From a virus (taxonomy: Duplodnaviria; Heunggongvirae; Uroviricota; Caudoviricetes): 64,000 nt of DNA. The notes beneath the pieces are model-generated. The model made no database searches and was not told the origin of the DNA. It was given only the letters and a program-made list of their open reading frames with translations. Shown here in pieces: positions 27,504 through 35,538 of the stretch (its first letter is position 1; each line of letters opens with the position of its first letter). Made by a program: the position numbers and the translations under genes. The stretch is taken from IMG/VR virus record IMGVR_UViG_3300029852_000006; one strand, 5' to 3'.

Positions 27504-27578
27504 GCGGCTGTCGTACAACGGCCAGTATACAAGCCTTCCAAGCTTGGGATGGGGGTTCGACACCCCTCAGCCGCTCCA
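27504..27578 (+). tRNA. tRNA-Gly (anticodon UCC)
   Basis: Hand-folded cloverleaf: acceptor gcggctg/cagccgc, D-stem gtac/gtat, anticodon stem caagc/gcttg with loop cuUCCaa, T-loop ttcgaca, encoded 3' CCA. Confidence 0.65.
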
Positions 27579-27670
27579 CAACAGAATAACTTCATTTTGG
27601 TTTCACACCGTAAAGTCCCGTCACACCGGCGCGGCCGTGGATTGGCGGCACCGGGTAGCAAACGGCTCCA

Positions 27671-27693
27671 CACCTCGGTCATATCCAGTGGTC
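27671..27693 (+). repeat. conserved hairpin motif, partial copy (loop CGGTCATATCC)
   Basis: Loop conserved; lacks the GAATTTG tail. Confidence 0.4.
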
Positions 27694-27857
27694 AGCGGCT
27701 TTTTCGAAGTTCTTGCTTCCATTCAGTTCAAACAGTTTGTCGAGCTGTCTGCGGCTGAAAATGTTCTGTTCGTATTTCCAAATGAACTGCGAAAAGCTTA
27801 TGCCCTCTTTGTTATCAAACGCAAGCCACTTGTCGTAAATGGCGTTGTTACAATTTT

Positions 27858-27890
27858 CCTGTGACTGCGTATATCCAGGTGTTTGAATTT
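27858..27890 (+). repeat. conserved hairpin motif copy 4 (...gcgTATATCCaggtgtttGAATTTG)
   Basis: Shares ATATCC loop core and GAATTTG tail; ~85 nt upstream of tRNA-Thr. Confidence 0.5.
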
Positions 27891-27973
27891 GAATCTATGT
27901 ACCCGTCACCAGTACAAATATATGTACCATATCGCGGGGTGTCGTCTCCATCATGAATTTATTCTGTTATTAT

Positions 27974-28050
27974 GCCAGGTTAGCTCAATTAGGTAGAGCA
28001 GCCGTTTTGTAAGCGGCAGGTTGTGGGTTCAAGTCCCCCACCTGGCTCCA
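27974..28050 (+). tRNA. tRNA-Thr (anticodon UGU)
   Basis: Acceptor gccaggt/acctggc, D-stem gctc/gagc, anticodon stem gccgt/gcggc with loop uuUGUaa, T-loop ttcaagt, encoded CCA; one T-stem mismatch. Confidence 0.65.
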
Positions 28051-28835
28051 CCGTTCCGGTTCATACCGGGGCGTCATGGCTCCCAGCGCCGGTCAAGTCT
28101 GGGGTACGCGGAGGGCAATCTCTCCGTCAAATCAGTGGGTGAAATAAACTCGCTGGACGCTTTATTCTGGTCTAACCCCCAGATGCTAAAGCAATGGCAG
28201 AGCAGCGGCACACTGCCTCAAAACTATTCCGTTGGCACCTTCGGGCAGGTAACAGTCCACCTTGCCGGGTTCAAAGCCGTCTTTACGGCAGTCTTAACAC
28301 GCAGCACCCAGCATGAAACCGATCGGCAGAACTTTTGGTCAGCTTCCAAACATCTTTCTGGCCAATGACAAGATGGGAAAGTCCTCCGGGCTGCGGCGAG
28401 TAATAAGCAGCGGTAAGTACCTATCGACATATGGTGAGACGGCTAAGCACGTCACTGGTACCTCAAGGGTGGGATGCCCTTTCACACGGAGCAATACTCA
28501 AGCTGGTTTAAGAGGCGTCCCTGCTAAGGACGTAGCCAACAACCCCGCCTAAACCGGTCCTCCGGTTATAGATGGGATTTACGGGGAAACTCGTAAGTCC
28601 GGTTGGTTAGCCTAAGTCTGCTGCTCCGGCAACAGGAAACTACGTTGTGTACCAATAATATAGGCACCTTACTCATGCTCCACAAGTGGTAAGCTCTGCG
28701 GACGGCTCGTTAAACATCTCTGAGGGTAGGAGAAGTGCGAACGTCATGTCGAAAGGCTAAAACGGTATAACAACATTGGCGATGTGGACCACAGGGCGCA
28801 AGCCCTGACTTATTGATTTATTATTTACGAAAGGG
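28051..28835 (+). ncRNA. long ORF-free structured region between tRNA-Thr and iscB; expected location of the IscB-2 omega-RNA
   Basis: 785 nt with only short ORFs, GC-rich with many local hairpins; IscB omega-RNAs are encoded immediately 5' of iscB (family knowledge). Confidence 0.35.
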
Positions 28836-30242
28836 GTGCCTTGCATGAGCACTTGTGCTTGTGTTTTCAGTAAAAGCGGCAAACGCCTGATGCCGACCAT
28901 CCGTCTTGGCAAGGTGCGCCATCTTCTGAAAGACGGAAAGGCAAAAATTATTAAGCATCATCCGTTTACCATCCAGTTGCTGTATGACAGCGAAACGAAT
29001 ATTCAACCCATCGAAATCTGCGAGGATGTGGGTTACAACTACATTGGCATCAGCGTGAAAAGCCAATCTCACGAATATGTGTCTGTACAATATGATACAT
29101 TGCAGGATGAGAAAGACTGCCACGATAGTTGTCGTAAGATGCGCCGCATCCGTAGAAACAGGTTACGTTACCGCAAGCCGCGTTTCGACAATCGTAAGCG
29201 TAATAAAGGTTGGCTTGCGCCCTCTCTTGAACATAAGAAAGAACTCAATGTTAATGTCATCAAGATGTATTGCAAGGTAGTTCCTATTACGCATGTAACT
29301 GTTGAAGTTGGTTCTTTCGACACAATGCTTGTAAAAGCCATCCAAGAGGGTAAAGCTATACCGGAAGGCGCAGATTATCAAAAAGGCCCTCGCTACAATT
29401 TGGCCACACTACGTGAAGCGGTTTTTTATCGCGATAAATATACCTGCCAAGTTTGCGGGCGCAAGGCTAATGAAGGTGCAATTCTGCATGTGCATCACAT
29501 GTTCTACTGGAAGGGTCGTCACGGCAATAGTCTCAGCGAACTTCTTACTGTGTGTGAAAAATGCCATACACCGGCTAACCACCAACAAGGCGGCAAGCTC
29601 TACAGATTTGGTGAAAATATAAAGTTCGCCAATCTTTCCGGTGCGGCATTTATGAATACTGTGCGCTGGCAAATCGTCAATGAACTTTACACTGCTTTTG
29701 GCAAGCTGTTCGTCACATTCACTTATGGTGCGATGACCAAGGAAAAGCGGATTGCCTTTCATCTTGAAAAGTGTCATAACAACGATGCGTATGCAATGGG
29801 GAACTTTCATCCAGTTGACCGCTGCGCGTTTGAACATTATAAAAAGGTGAAACGCAATAACCGCATTCTCGAAAAATTTCATGACTCCCAGTACATTGAC
29901 ATCCGCACCGGCAAAGTGGCTAACGGCAGAAGCCTCTTTAACGGTAGAATCAACCGCAGCCATAAAAAGAATTCCGAGAACCTGCACAAGTATCGTGGGA
30001 AAAGGACTCGTAAAGGCTACCGTGCTCTACGCCGCAAAAAGGTAGCCCTCAATCCCGGTGACTTGGTTTCTCTTAACGGAGAAATTCTTGTTGTCCATAG
30101 CACTCATGCCGGAAAGAATGGTTATGTAGGCGTAGAATTCAAAGCTCCATCAAAAAGCGGCAAAAAGTCTGCCAGTCTCAAAAAACTAAAAATTGTTAAA
30201 ACATCAAACTCCATGCGCTCTGCGTGGACTAAAGTATCTTAA
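28836..30242 (+). CDS. iscB: IscB (OMEGA RNA-guided nuclease), second copy
   Basis: PLMP-like 'GKRLMPT', RuvC-I-like 'DVGYNYIGISV', HNH 'CQVCGRK...HVHHMFYWKGRHGN...CEKCH', RuvC-III 'HNNDAYAMGNF'; basic C-terminus. Confidence 0.8.
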   Translation: MPCMSTCACVFSKSGKRLMPTIRLGKVRHLLKDGKAKIIKHHPFTIQLLYDSETNIQPIEICEDVGYNYIGISVKSQSHEYVSVQYDTLQDEKDCHDSCRKMRRIRRNRLRYRKPRFDNRKRNKGWLAPSLEHKKELNVNVIKMYCKVVPITHVTVEVGSFDTMLVKAIQEGKAIPEGADYQKGPRYNLATLREAVFYRDKYTCQVCGRKANEGAILHVHHMFYWKGRHGNSLSELLTVCEKCHTPANHQQGGKLYRFGENIKFANLSGAAFMNTVRWQIVNELYTAFGKLFVTFTYGAMTKEKRIAFHLEKCHNNDAYAMGNFHPVDRCAFEHYKKVKRNNRILEKFHDSQYIDIRTGKVANGRSLFNGRINRSHKKNSENLHKYRGKRTRKGYRALRRKKVALNPGDLVSLNGEILVVHSTHAGKNGYVGVEFKAPSKSGKKSASLKKLKIVKTSNSMRSAWTKVS

Positions 30243-30336
30243 AAACGTTTGTACTTACCAAGTATACCTCAAATATACTCTTGGCCAGCGCATTCCTCAC
30301 CGCCTAAGTCGCAGGTGACTATAGACGGTATAACAT

Positions 30337-30429
30337 GCTCCCATATCTCAATGGTAGAGAAGCGGCCTTATAGCCCGCCTAGCACCAGATTAGTGCGTAA
30401 TCCCTGTTCAAGTCAGGGTGGGGGTACCA
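30337..30429 (+). tRNA. type-II (long variable arm) tRNA with atypical anticodon arm; identity uncertain
   Basis: Acceptor gctccca/tgggggt (two G-U), D-stem tctc/gaga, variable arm gcac/gtgc, T-arm ccctg-ttcaagt-caggg, 3' CCA. Anticodon stem has only 4 clean pairs around the sequence ccttatagc. Confidence 0.45.
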
Positions 30430-30580
30430 GCCTTACGGACTTGCCGTAAGGGATTGAAACCGTTTTTTGACGGTTTATCGGTGATAACATAAAAACCACC
30501 GTTTCGGTATGGCAGCACCGATCAATGGCCAAACCTGCCACCCAATCATCCCGCTGGTAAAACCGTGCTCTAGCACCGCA

Positions 30581-30602
30581 CTCCGGTCATATCCGAGCGC
30601 TT
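30581..30602 (+). repeat. conserved hairpin motif, partial copy (stem ctc/gag, loop CGGTCATATCC)
   Basis: Loop identical to copies 1/5. Confidence 0.4.
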
Positions 30603-30755
30603 ATCCAAGTCGGCTGGGTTCTGTGATAGACAATCACTTCAACTGCGGTGGGATGATTTTTTTTCTTTGGTGTCTCGCCTTTCACGGCGTTTCATATTCC
30701 CGGCAAAGTCCCTGGTACCTACAGGCACCGCCTTCACGGCCTGCCCCGCATACCG

Positions 30756-30786
30756 CTTCCCGGTCATACCCGGAAGATTGAATTTC
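30756..30786 (+). repeat. conserved hairpin motif copy 5 (stem cttcc/ggaag, loop CGGTCATACCC, then attGAATTTc)
   Basis: Compensatory stem; sits 6 nt upstream of the start of gene 30792. Confidence 0.55.
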
Positions 30787-30791
30787 CTAAG

Positions 30792-31115
30792 ATGATGTCA
30801 TCATACAAGTTCTCGCTATGCCGGCTCGAACTTGTCGTTTGCCGGGATTTTATTTTTGATTCTATTCAGGGGGAATTTATCTTGTTATATACAAAACAGG
30901 AAATTCAATCTTTCTCTGATGAATTTATTTATTCTCGTATGAAAGAACTATTATCCTCTCCTCTTTGTCGTGACATTCCTGAATCTGAACAAGTGGACTG
31001 TTTGTTTTGTCTTGAACGTTATGACTGTGCAAATTCTATCCCGCCAGAATTTTTTCAGCTTAATGATGAATTTCAACGGAGAAGATATATAAATCGAAGG
31101 AGATCCGTCAAATGA
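30792..31115 (+). CDS. hypothetical protein (107 aa)
   Basis: ORF with Cys pairs. Confidence 0.4.
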   Translation: MMSSYKFSLCRLELVVCRDFIFDSIQGEFILLYTKQEIQSFSDEFIYSRMKELLSSPLCRDIPESEQVDCLFCLERYDCANSIPPEFFQLNDEFQRRRYINRRRSVK

Positions 31116-31651
31116 AATCCCGTCCCACTCCTGCCAACCTTTATACCACCCGCCGCACCGGCCTTTCCCATTATAAAGATCCTGAATCCAAAACCCTTTT
31201 CTCTCAGGGCAAATACCCCACTAAACTAACCTATCAGGATCTTCCCGGCTGTTTTCTTTCCGGCACTTACTATGGCGCAAGGGGTTATCTCCGCACGGAT
31301 TCAATCAAAGGTCTCTGGTATAAGCCCTGTTATCATACCAATCACATGTTTAAGGACGATTTCCTTTACATCTCTTATCAACATCCCACTTCATCTTTCC
31401 CTTTATTAGATATATACCTCTCCTCCCCTGATTCCAGGCTTTATGATGAAGTTATTTTCGGCGGCATCATCCCCCGTTTCCTCCGCTTCGCAGAGCAGTA
31501 TTCCCAGTATGATTGCACTTCCATCTGGTCACAGATCGAAGAAAAACGTGCCTGGTTCAAAGCCAATTATCCTACAGACTATCAGCATGAAGTTTTAATC
31601 CCCGATGCCGAAACGTTTTCCGGCCACTATCACAAAATTAAAATTCCCTGA
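31112..31651 (+). CDS. hypothetical protein (179 aa)
   Basis: Coupled start ATGA; RBS GGAG. Confidence 0.45.
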   Translation: MKSRPTPANLYTTRRTGLSHYKDPESKTLFSQGKYPTKLTYQDLPGCFLSGTYYGARGYLRTDSIKGLWYKPCYHTNHMFKDDFLYISYQHPTSSFPLLDIYLSSPDSRLYDEVIFGGIIPRFLRFAEQYSQYDCTSIWSQIEEKRAWFKANYPTDYQHEVLIPDAETFSGHYHKIKIP

Positions 31652-31663
31652 ATCCTCATTCAC

Positions 31664-32338
31664 TGAATTCTTATTCAGCAAAAAAGCCATAAAGCATCCT
31701 TCGAAGTCCCGTCCAATGATGGCAAAGGTCTCACGGTCGATATGACTTTTACCTACCGTTTTGATCCCGATCAGGTCGCTGATACCTTTACCCGTTTCAA
31801 GGGTCAGTCCGGCAAGGACGTCAAAGAGATTTTCATCAAGCCCAACATCATGTCCTGGACCAAAGAGGTCACGGCCAAGTATTCCGTTATTGATCTGCTT
31901 GGCGACCAGCGTGCTTCCCTCAACTCGGAACTCACCGCCTACCTCAAGGATAAATTCGAGCCTTACGGCATCATCATTGAATCCGTTTCTCTGATCAATA
32001 TCGACCCCGATGACGAAACCCGTGCAGCCGTTCAGAAAAAAGTCAACGCTCAGCAGGATCTGGAGCTGGCAAAGATCGAGCAGCAGACCGCCAATGTCAA
32101 TGCCGAAAAAGAAAAAGAAGTCGCTATCACGAAAGCCAACCAGGAAAAAGAAACCGCTCAGATCAACGCCGAAGCCAAACTGATCGAAGCCCAGGCTCAG
32201 GCCGATGCCAACCGTCTGATCTCTCAGTCCCTCACCCCGGAACTGATCCAGCAGCAGATGTATGAAAAATGGAATGGTCAGCTTCCCACTGTCCAGTCCG
32301 GCTCCGATACCCCCATTATTGTTGATACCACCAACTAA
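31664..32338 (+). pseudogene. 5'-truncated SPFH/band-7 (HflK/C-like) domain gene
   Basis: SPFH beta-strand region 'EVPSNDGKGLTVDMTFTYRFDPDQV' and coiled-coil tail present in frame. Frame opens only 12 nt after previous gene, with no TM/N-terminal part and no start codon before ATG 31742. Confidence 0.5.
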
Positions 32339-32366
32339 ATCCTGTTCCGCATTTGGAGGTGTTCTC

Positions 32367-32483
32367 ATGGTCATTCTTAATTCCGGTACCTTATTGTTTC
32401 TTGTCCTGCTTGCTTTTGCTGCCGGCTTCCTTGTTGATGCCGCCATCGGTGTCCGCGCCCATCTTCATGATAAGGAGGACTAG
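32367..32483 (+). CDS. small single-TM protein (38 aa)
   Basis: 'VILNSGTLLFLVLLAFAAGFLV' TM; position typical of small membrane partners following SPFH genes. Confidence 0.3.
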   Translation: MVILNSGTLLFLVLLAFAAGFLVDAAIGVRAHLHDKED

Positions 32484-32486
32484 ATC

Positions 32487-32855
32487 ATGAACACTTCCAA
32501 ACCTAACCCGCACACCATCACCCCCACCACCGTCATGGAATCTGAATTTGATGAACCCACGCCTCACCGCAAACCCGGTAAATCCACCGGTCGTCCCCGC
32601 TCTCGGCATAAGCACATGTATACCCCCGGCTGGGCCTCTTATACTTTCGCTTCTCATCTTACCGGCAAAACGTTCACCCGCTACCTGCCCGTCAATTATT
32701 GCACCATCTGCGGCCGTCTCGGTGGCGTGTCAGTTCCCCAATTTACCGGTAAAGAACCCAAAGTCCCTCCCATTGGCTCCAAGGTGTTTGTTGTGCCGTC
32801 TTTCGGCACCAACGCTTTAGATCTTAATAATTTTATCATTTTCAAAGGAGAATAA
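32487..32855 (+). CDS. hypothetical protein (122 aa)
   Basis: RBS AAGGAGGAC. Confidence 0.45.
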   Translation: MNTSKPNPHTITPTTVMESEFDEPTPHRKPGKSTGRPRSRHKHMYTPGWASYTFASHLTGKTFTRYLPVNYCTICGRLGGVSVPQFTGKEPKVPPIGSKVFVVPSFGTNALDLNNFIIFKGE

Positions 32856-32857
32856 TT

Positions 32858-33613
32858 ATGAAACCTAAGTTCCATCCTGGCGATCGTGTCACCGTCATCA
32901 AACCTTATGTTGCCCCCATCCCCGATTATGTCAAGGACAGCGAAATTTTCAACGATCTGTACAAGGTTTTTGGCTTGGATAAAGATATCCGTGGTGTCAA
33001 GCCCGGTGATACTTATACCATCATTGAAGCCGAATCCAAACCTCGCACCCGTTCCGACGGCAAAACTGTTTATGCCTATTCTTACCAGGGCAAAAGCGGC
33101 AAGCGTTCCGATTTTGTCTTGTGGGAAGATGAAATCAAGCTGATCGAAGCCACCAAGCCCGCCCCGGAAGACGATGACGAAGAGCCGGATACCGTCACCA
33201 TCGAGATCGAAGTCTCCCTGGACGACAAGGCCGAAGCTCACCGCATCGCTCACAAAGCTGTCGAGCTGGCTTTCAAGTCCTATGCCGCTATCACCAAGGC
33301 CACCAATGATCCCGCTTCCATCACCTGGACTGATGACGAAATCGCAGCAGCCCGCAAAAAGGTTGTTGAACTGTCCTCCCGCGTCACGGAACAGGGCGGC
33401 GATATGATCTTCCAGCGTTCCGGCAATACCGTATGCTGCATGGTTTACACCTCCAGCTTTGACGATGAATTCGCTTCCAAAGGTTTCGCCAAGCCCTTCG
33501 ATCACGACCCCTTCAATGAATGGATCGGCAAGTGTGTCGCCGCCTGCAAAGCTATGGGTGAACCCATCCCCGGCTTCATCGCCCACAAAAACACCAAACA
33601 GGATGCTGCGTGA
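32858..33613 (+). CDS. hypothetical protein (251 aa) with acidic linker
   Basis: RBS AAAGGAGAA. Confidence 0.5.
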   Translation: MKPKFHPGDRVTVIKPYVAPIPDYVKDSEIFNDLYKVFGLDKDIRGVKPGDTYTIIEAESKPRTRSDGKTVYAYSYQGKSGKRSDFVLWEDEIKLIEATKPAPEDDDEEPDTVTIEIEVSLDDKAEAHRIAHKAVELAFKSYAAITKATNDPASITWTDDEIAAARKKVVELSSRVTEQGGDMIFQRSGNTVCCMVYTSSFDDEFASKGFAKPFDHDPFNEWIGKCVAACKAMGEPIPGFIAHKNTKQDAA

Positions 33614-33849
33614 TGGGCACAGCACATGAATTTACCACCCGCATCCGCAGCTTTGCCGAGTGCCAGCGTCTTAACCAGGTCTCCAAAGAATGCGGCCAGG
33701 TCGTTGTCATCGACCGCAACGGCAACCAGGCCAACGCCAAAAGCCTGCTCTCCCTTATGAGCCTGGATTATTCCGCATCGGTTCGCATTGTTGCCTCCAC
33801 AGCGGAAGAACTCTTCGCCCTGCATACCGCCCTTCTCGCCTTGAAATGA
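33610..33849 (+). CDS. HPr-like (phosphocarrier-fold) small protein lacking the catalytic His
   Basis: 'VVVIDRNGNQANAKSLLSLMSLDYSASVRIVASTAEE' parallels HPr 'GKSVNLKSIMGVMSLGI.KGAEITISASG'; regulatory Ser46-like 'KS' present, His15 position not His. Confidence 0.4.
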   Translation: MMGTAHEFTTRIRSFAECQRLNQVSKECGQVVVIDRNGNQANAKSLLSLMSLDYSASVRIVASTAEELFALHTALLALK

Positions 33850-33956
33850 TTTGTCAGGAGGTGTCCGCCACGTTCATCCTACCGCGCTCCCCGCCCCCGT
33901 TTTTTCGTCAACCACCGCAATCATTTTTTCACTTATCTTAACGGGGGTGTTCTTAC

Positions 33957-34310
33957 ATGTTTATCTGCAATGTCTGCAAAAAGATTTTTCCTGATTTCAA
34001 AAGTTACGGTATGCGCATGAACTACCGCTTCGGCTATGGCTCCGAAAATGACGGCGATATCTTTGACCTCACCGTCTGCGATTCCTGTGCCGATACTGTT
34101 GCCAACGCCATTGAATCCGTCTGTGCCATCAACCCCCATCTCACCGTCGATGATGCCTTCTTCCCCTGCGATGAACCGTGTTCCGGCGATTGCTCTAACT
34201 GCTCCGGTGATTGTGCCGCCTCCCAGGACGATGAATCCTATGATTTCGAGGATGACGAGACCGATGAAGACGATGACGATGACGATTCCGACCTTGATTT
34301 TGGCGGCTGA
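33957..34310 (+). CDS. zinc-ribbon protein with poly-acidic C-terminal tail
   Basis: CNVC...CDSC plus 'DEDDDDDDSDLDFGG' tail. Confidence 0.45.
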   Translation: MFICNVCKKIFPDFKSYGMRMNYRFGYGSENDGDIFDLTVCDSCADTVANAIESVCAINPHLTVDDAFFPCDEPCSGDCSNCSGDCAASQDDESYDFEDDETDEDDDDDDSDLDFGG

Positions 34311-34342
34311 TTAACCCTGCCTTTTTATTTTTTCTTATCTAA

Positions 34343-34359
34343 TTACAAGTTTTCGTAAA
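34343..34359 (+). promoter_or_regulatory. conserved motif TTACAAGTTTTCGtAAAt (copy 3 of 3)
   Basis: 16/18 match to the 18-mer at 3156 and 26407; 24 nt upstream of gene 34383. Confidence 0.4.
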
Positions 34360-34382
34360 TATGCCATATTAAGGAGTCCTCT

Positions 34383-35507
34383 ATGCCTAAAAAAAACAAC
34401 ACCATCACCTTCAACTTTGTTGGTGATTTTACTCCTTCCACCAAAAATGATCTGTTTACCTCCACCCCGGCTACTTACGGCGGCATGTCTGATACCCGCC
34501 TCCAGCTCAGCTTTGGTGTCAAGGTCGGCAGCAGCGTTCAGTTCGTCTCTCTGCTGGATACTTCTCGCTCTGGCGATGTCATCAAAACTTACGACCGGGA
34601 TAATAACCCCATTGACGTCCGCTGGTCTGACCGCCTTGACCCCGATGTTATTTCCAAGGTTGCTCCCTACCGCACCTACCGCACCAACATCGGCTCGGAT
34701 GAAACAAAAACCTTCATCACCGGCTATGACCTGGCTGAATATCTGGCCGAAGCTCTCAAAAACTACACCGGCCGCATCACTGTCAATGGCCGTATGGTCC
34801 TCCGTTACGATTCCAAAGGCATCCTGCGTCGCAACTTCAACATTGATTCCGTTTGGAAACCCCTGCTCGATAAAGACGGCGAACCGGTCGAAAAACCCAA
34901 GCTGGCCATCATGGTCCCCTTCATCTTCAACAAGGATTGTATCGACAAAGCCGACCTCAAGGAAACCGGCAAGATCTACGTCAACGGCTATGTTGAATCC
35001 TACATCAACAAGGACGAAGGCGATAAGTATCTGCCCTTGCAGATGATTTTCAATACTGCCGTCTACAACATGGATGACCCTGGTGAAAAGTCCACTTATG
35101 AGTACCGCATGGGCGAGCTGGATACCAAAGCCAAAACGATGTTCTGCATGATGTGGGAAGGCCGTGTTGTCAACGGTGCTGAAGAAAAGCCGTTCGATGA
35201 ATCCTGCCTCACTCCCTTCCAGCTGCGTTCCATCAAGGCCGGCAACGCCACCCTCAATGATTTCCGTCCCCGCGGCTCCATCTACGGCAACCGTGTTCAG
35301 GAACTCCGCCTCATGCGTCCCATGCCCCGCGATGATTTCAAGGATGGCCCGATCGACCTCGGCCTCAAGAATTCCGAGTTTGTTGACCTGATCTACACTC
35401 CCACGAAGGATGAATCGGTTGCCGATATGGAAAAGTCCGCCAAAAAAGAGCCGGAAACTCCGCCCTTCACCGCCCCCACCTCGCGGGATGAAGACGAGCT
35501 GTTTTAA
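34383..35507 (+). CDS. hypothetical protein, possible ssDNA-binding protein (SSB-like acidic C-terminal tip ...DEDELF)
   Basis: Position directly upstream of Sak4-like ATPase and C-terminal acidic/aromatic tip reminiscent of SSB-Ct; fold not verified. Confidence 0.3.
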   Translation: MPKKNNTITFNFVGDFTPSTKNDLFTSTPATYGGMSDTRLQLSFGVKVGSSVQFVSLLDTSRSGDVIKTYDRDNNPIDVRWSDRLDPDVISKVAPYRTYRTNIGSDETKTFITGYDLAEYLAEALKNYTGRITVNGRMVLRYDSKGILRRNFNIDSVWKPLLDKDGEPVEKPKLAIMVPFIFNKDCIDKADLKETGKIYVNGYVESYINKDEGDKYLPLQMIFNTAVYNMDDPGEKSTYEYRMGELDTKAKTMFCMMWEGRVVNGAEEKPFDESCLTPFQLRSIKAGNATLNDFRPRGSIYGNRVQELRLMRPMPRDDFKDGPIDLGLKNSEFVDLIYTPTKDESVADMEKSAKKEPETPPFTAPTSRDEDELF

Positions 35508-35538
35508 TTAACTACCAACACAAAAGGAGCGTGAACCT

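Noticed and set aside
27390-27578. tmRNA (tRNA-like 3' end GGGGGTTCGACACCCC...CCA preceded by ~110 nt structured RNA)
   Set aside because: The 3' part folds as a complete, ordinary 75-nt tRNA-Gly(UCC) on its own. The upstream region has no recognisable tag-peptide reading frame or pseudoknot series.
28836-30242. Cas9 / CRISPR locus
   Set aside because: The protein is only 468 aa with the PLMP N-terminus characteristic of IscB, there is no REC lobe-sized insertion, and no CRISPR repeats are nearby.
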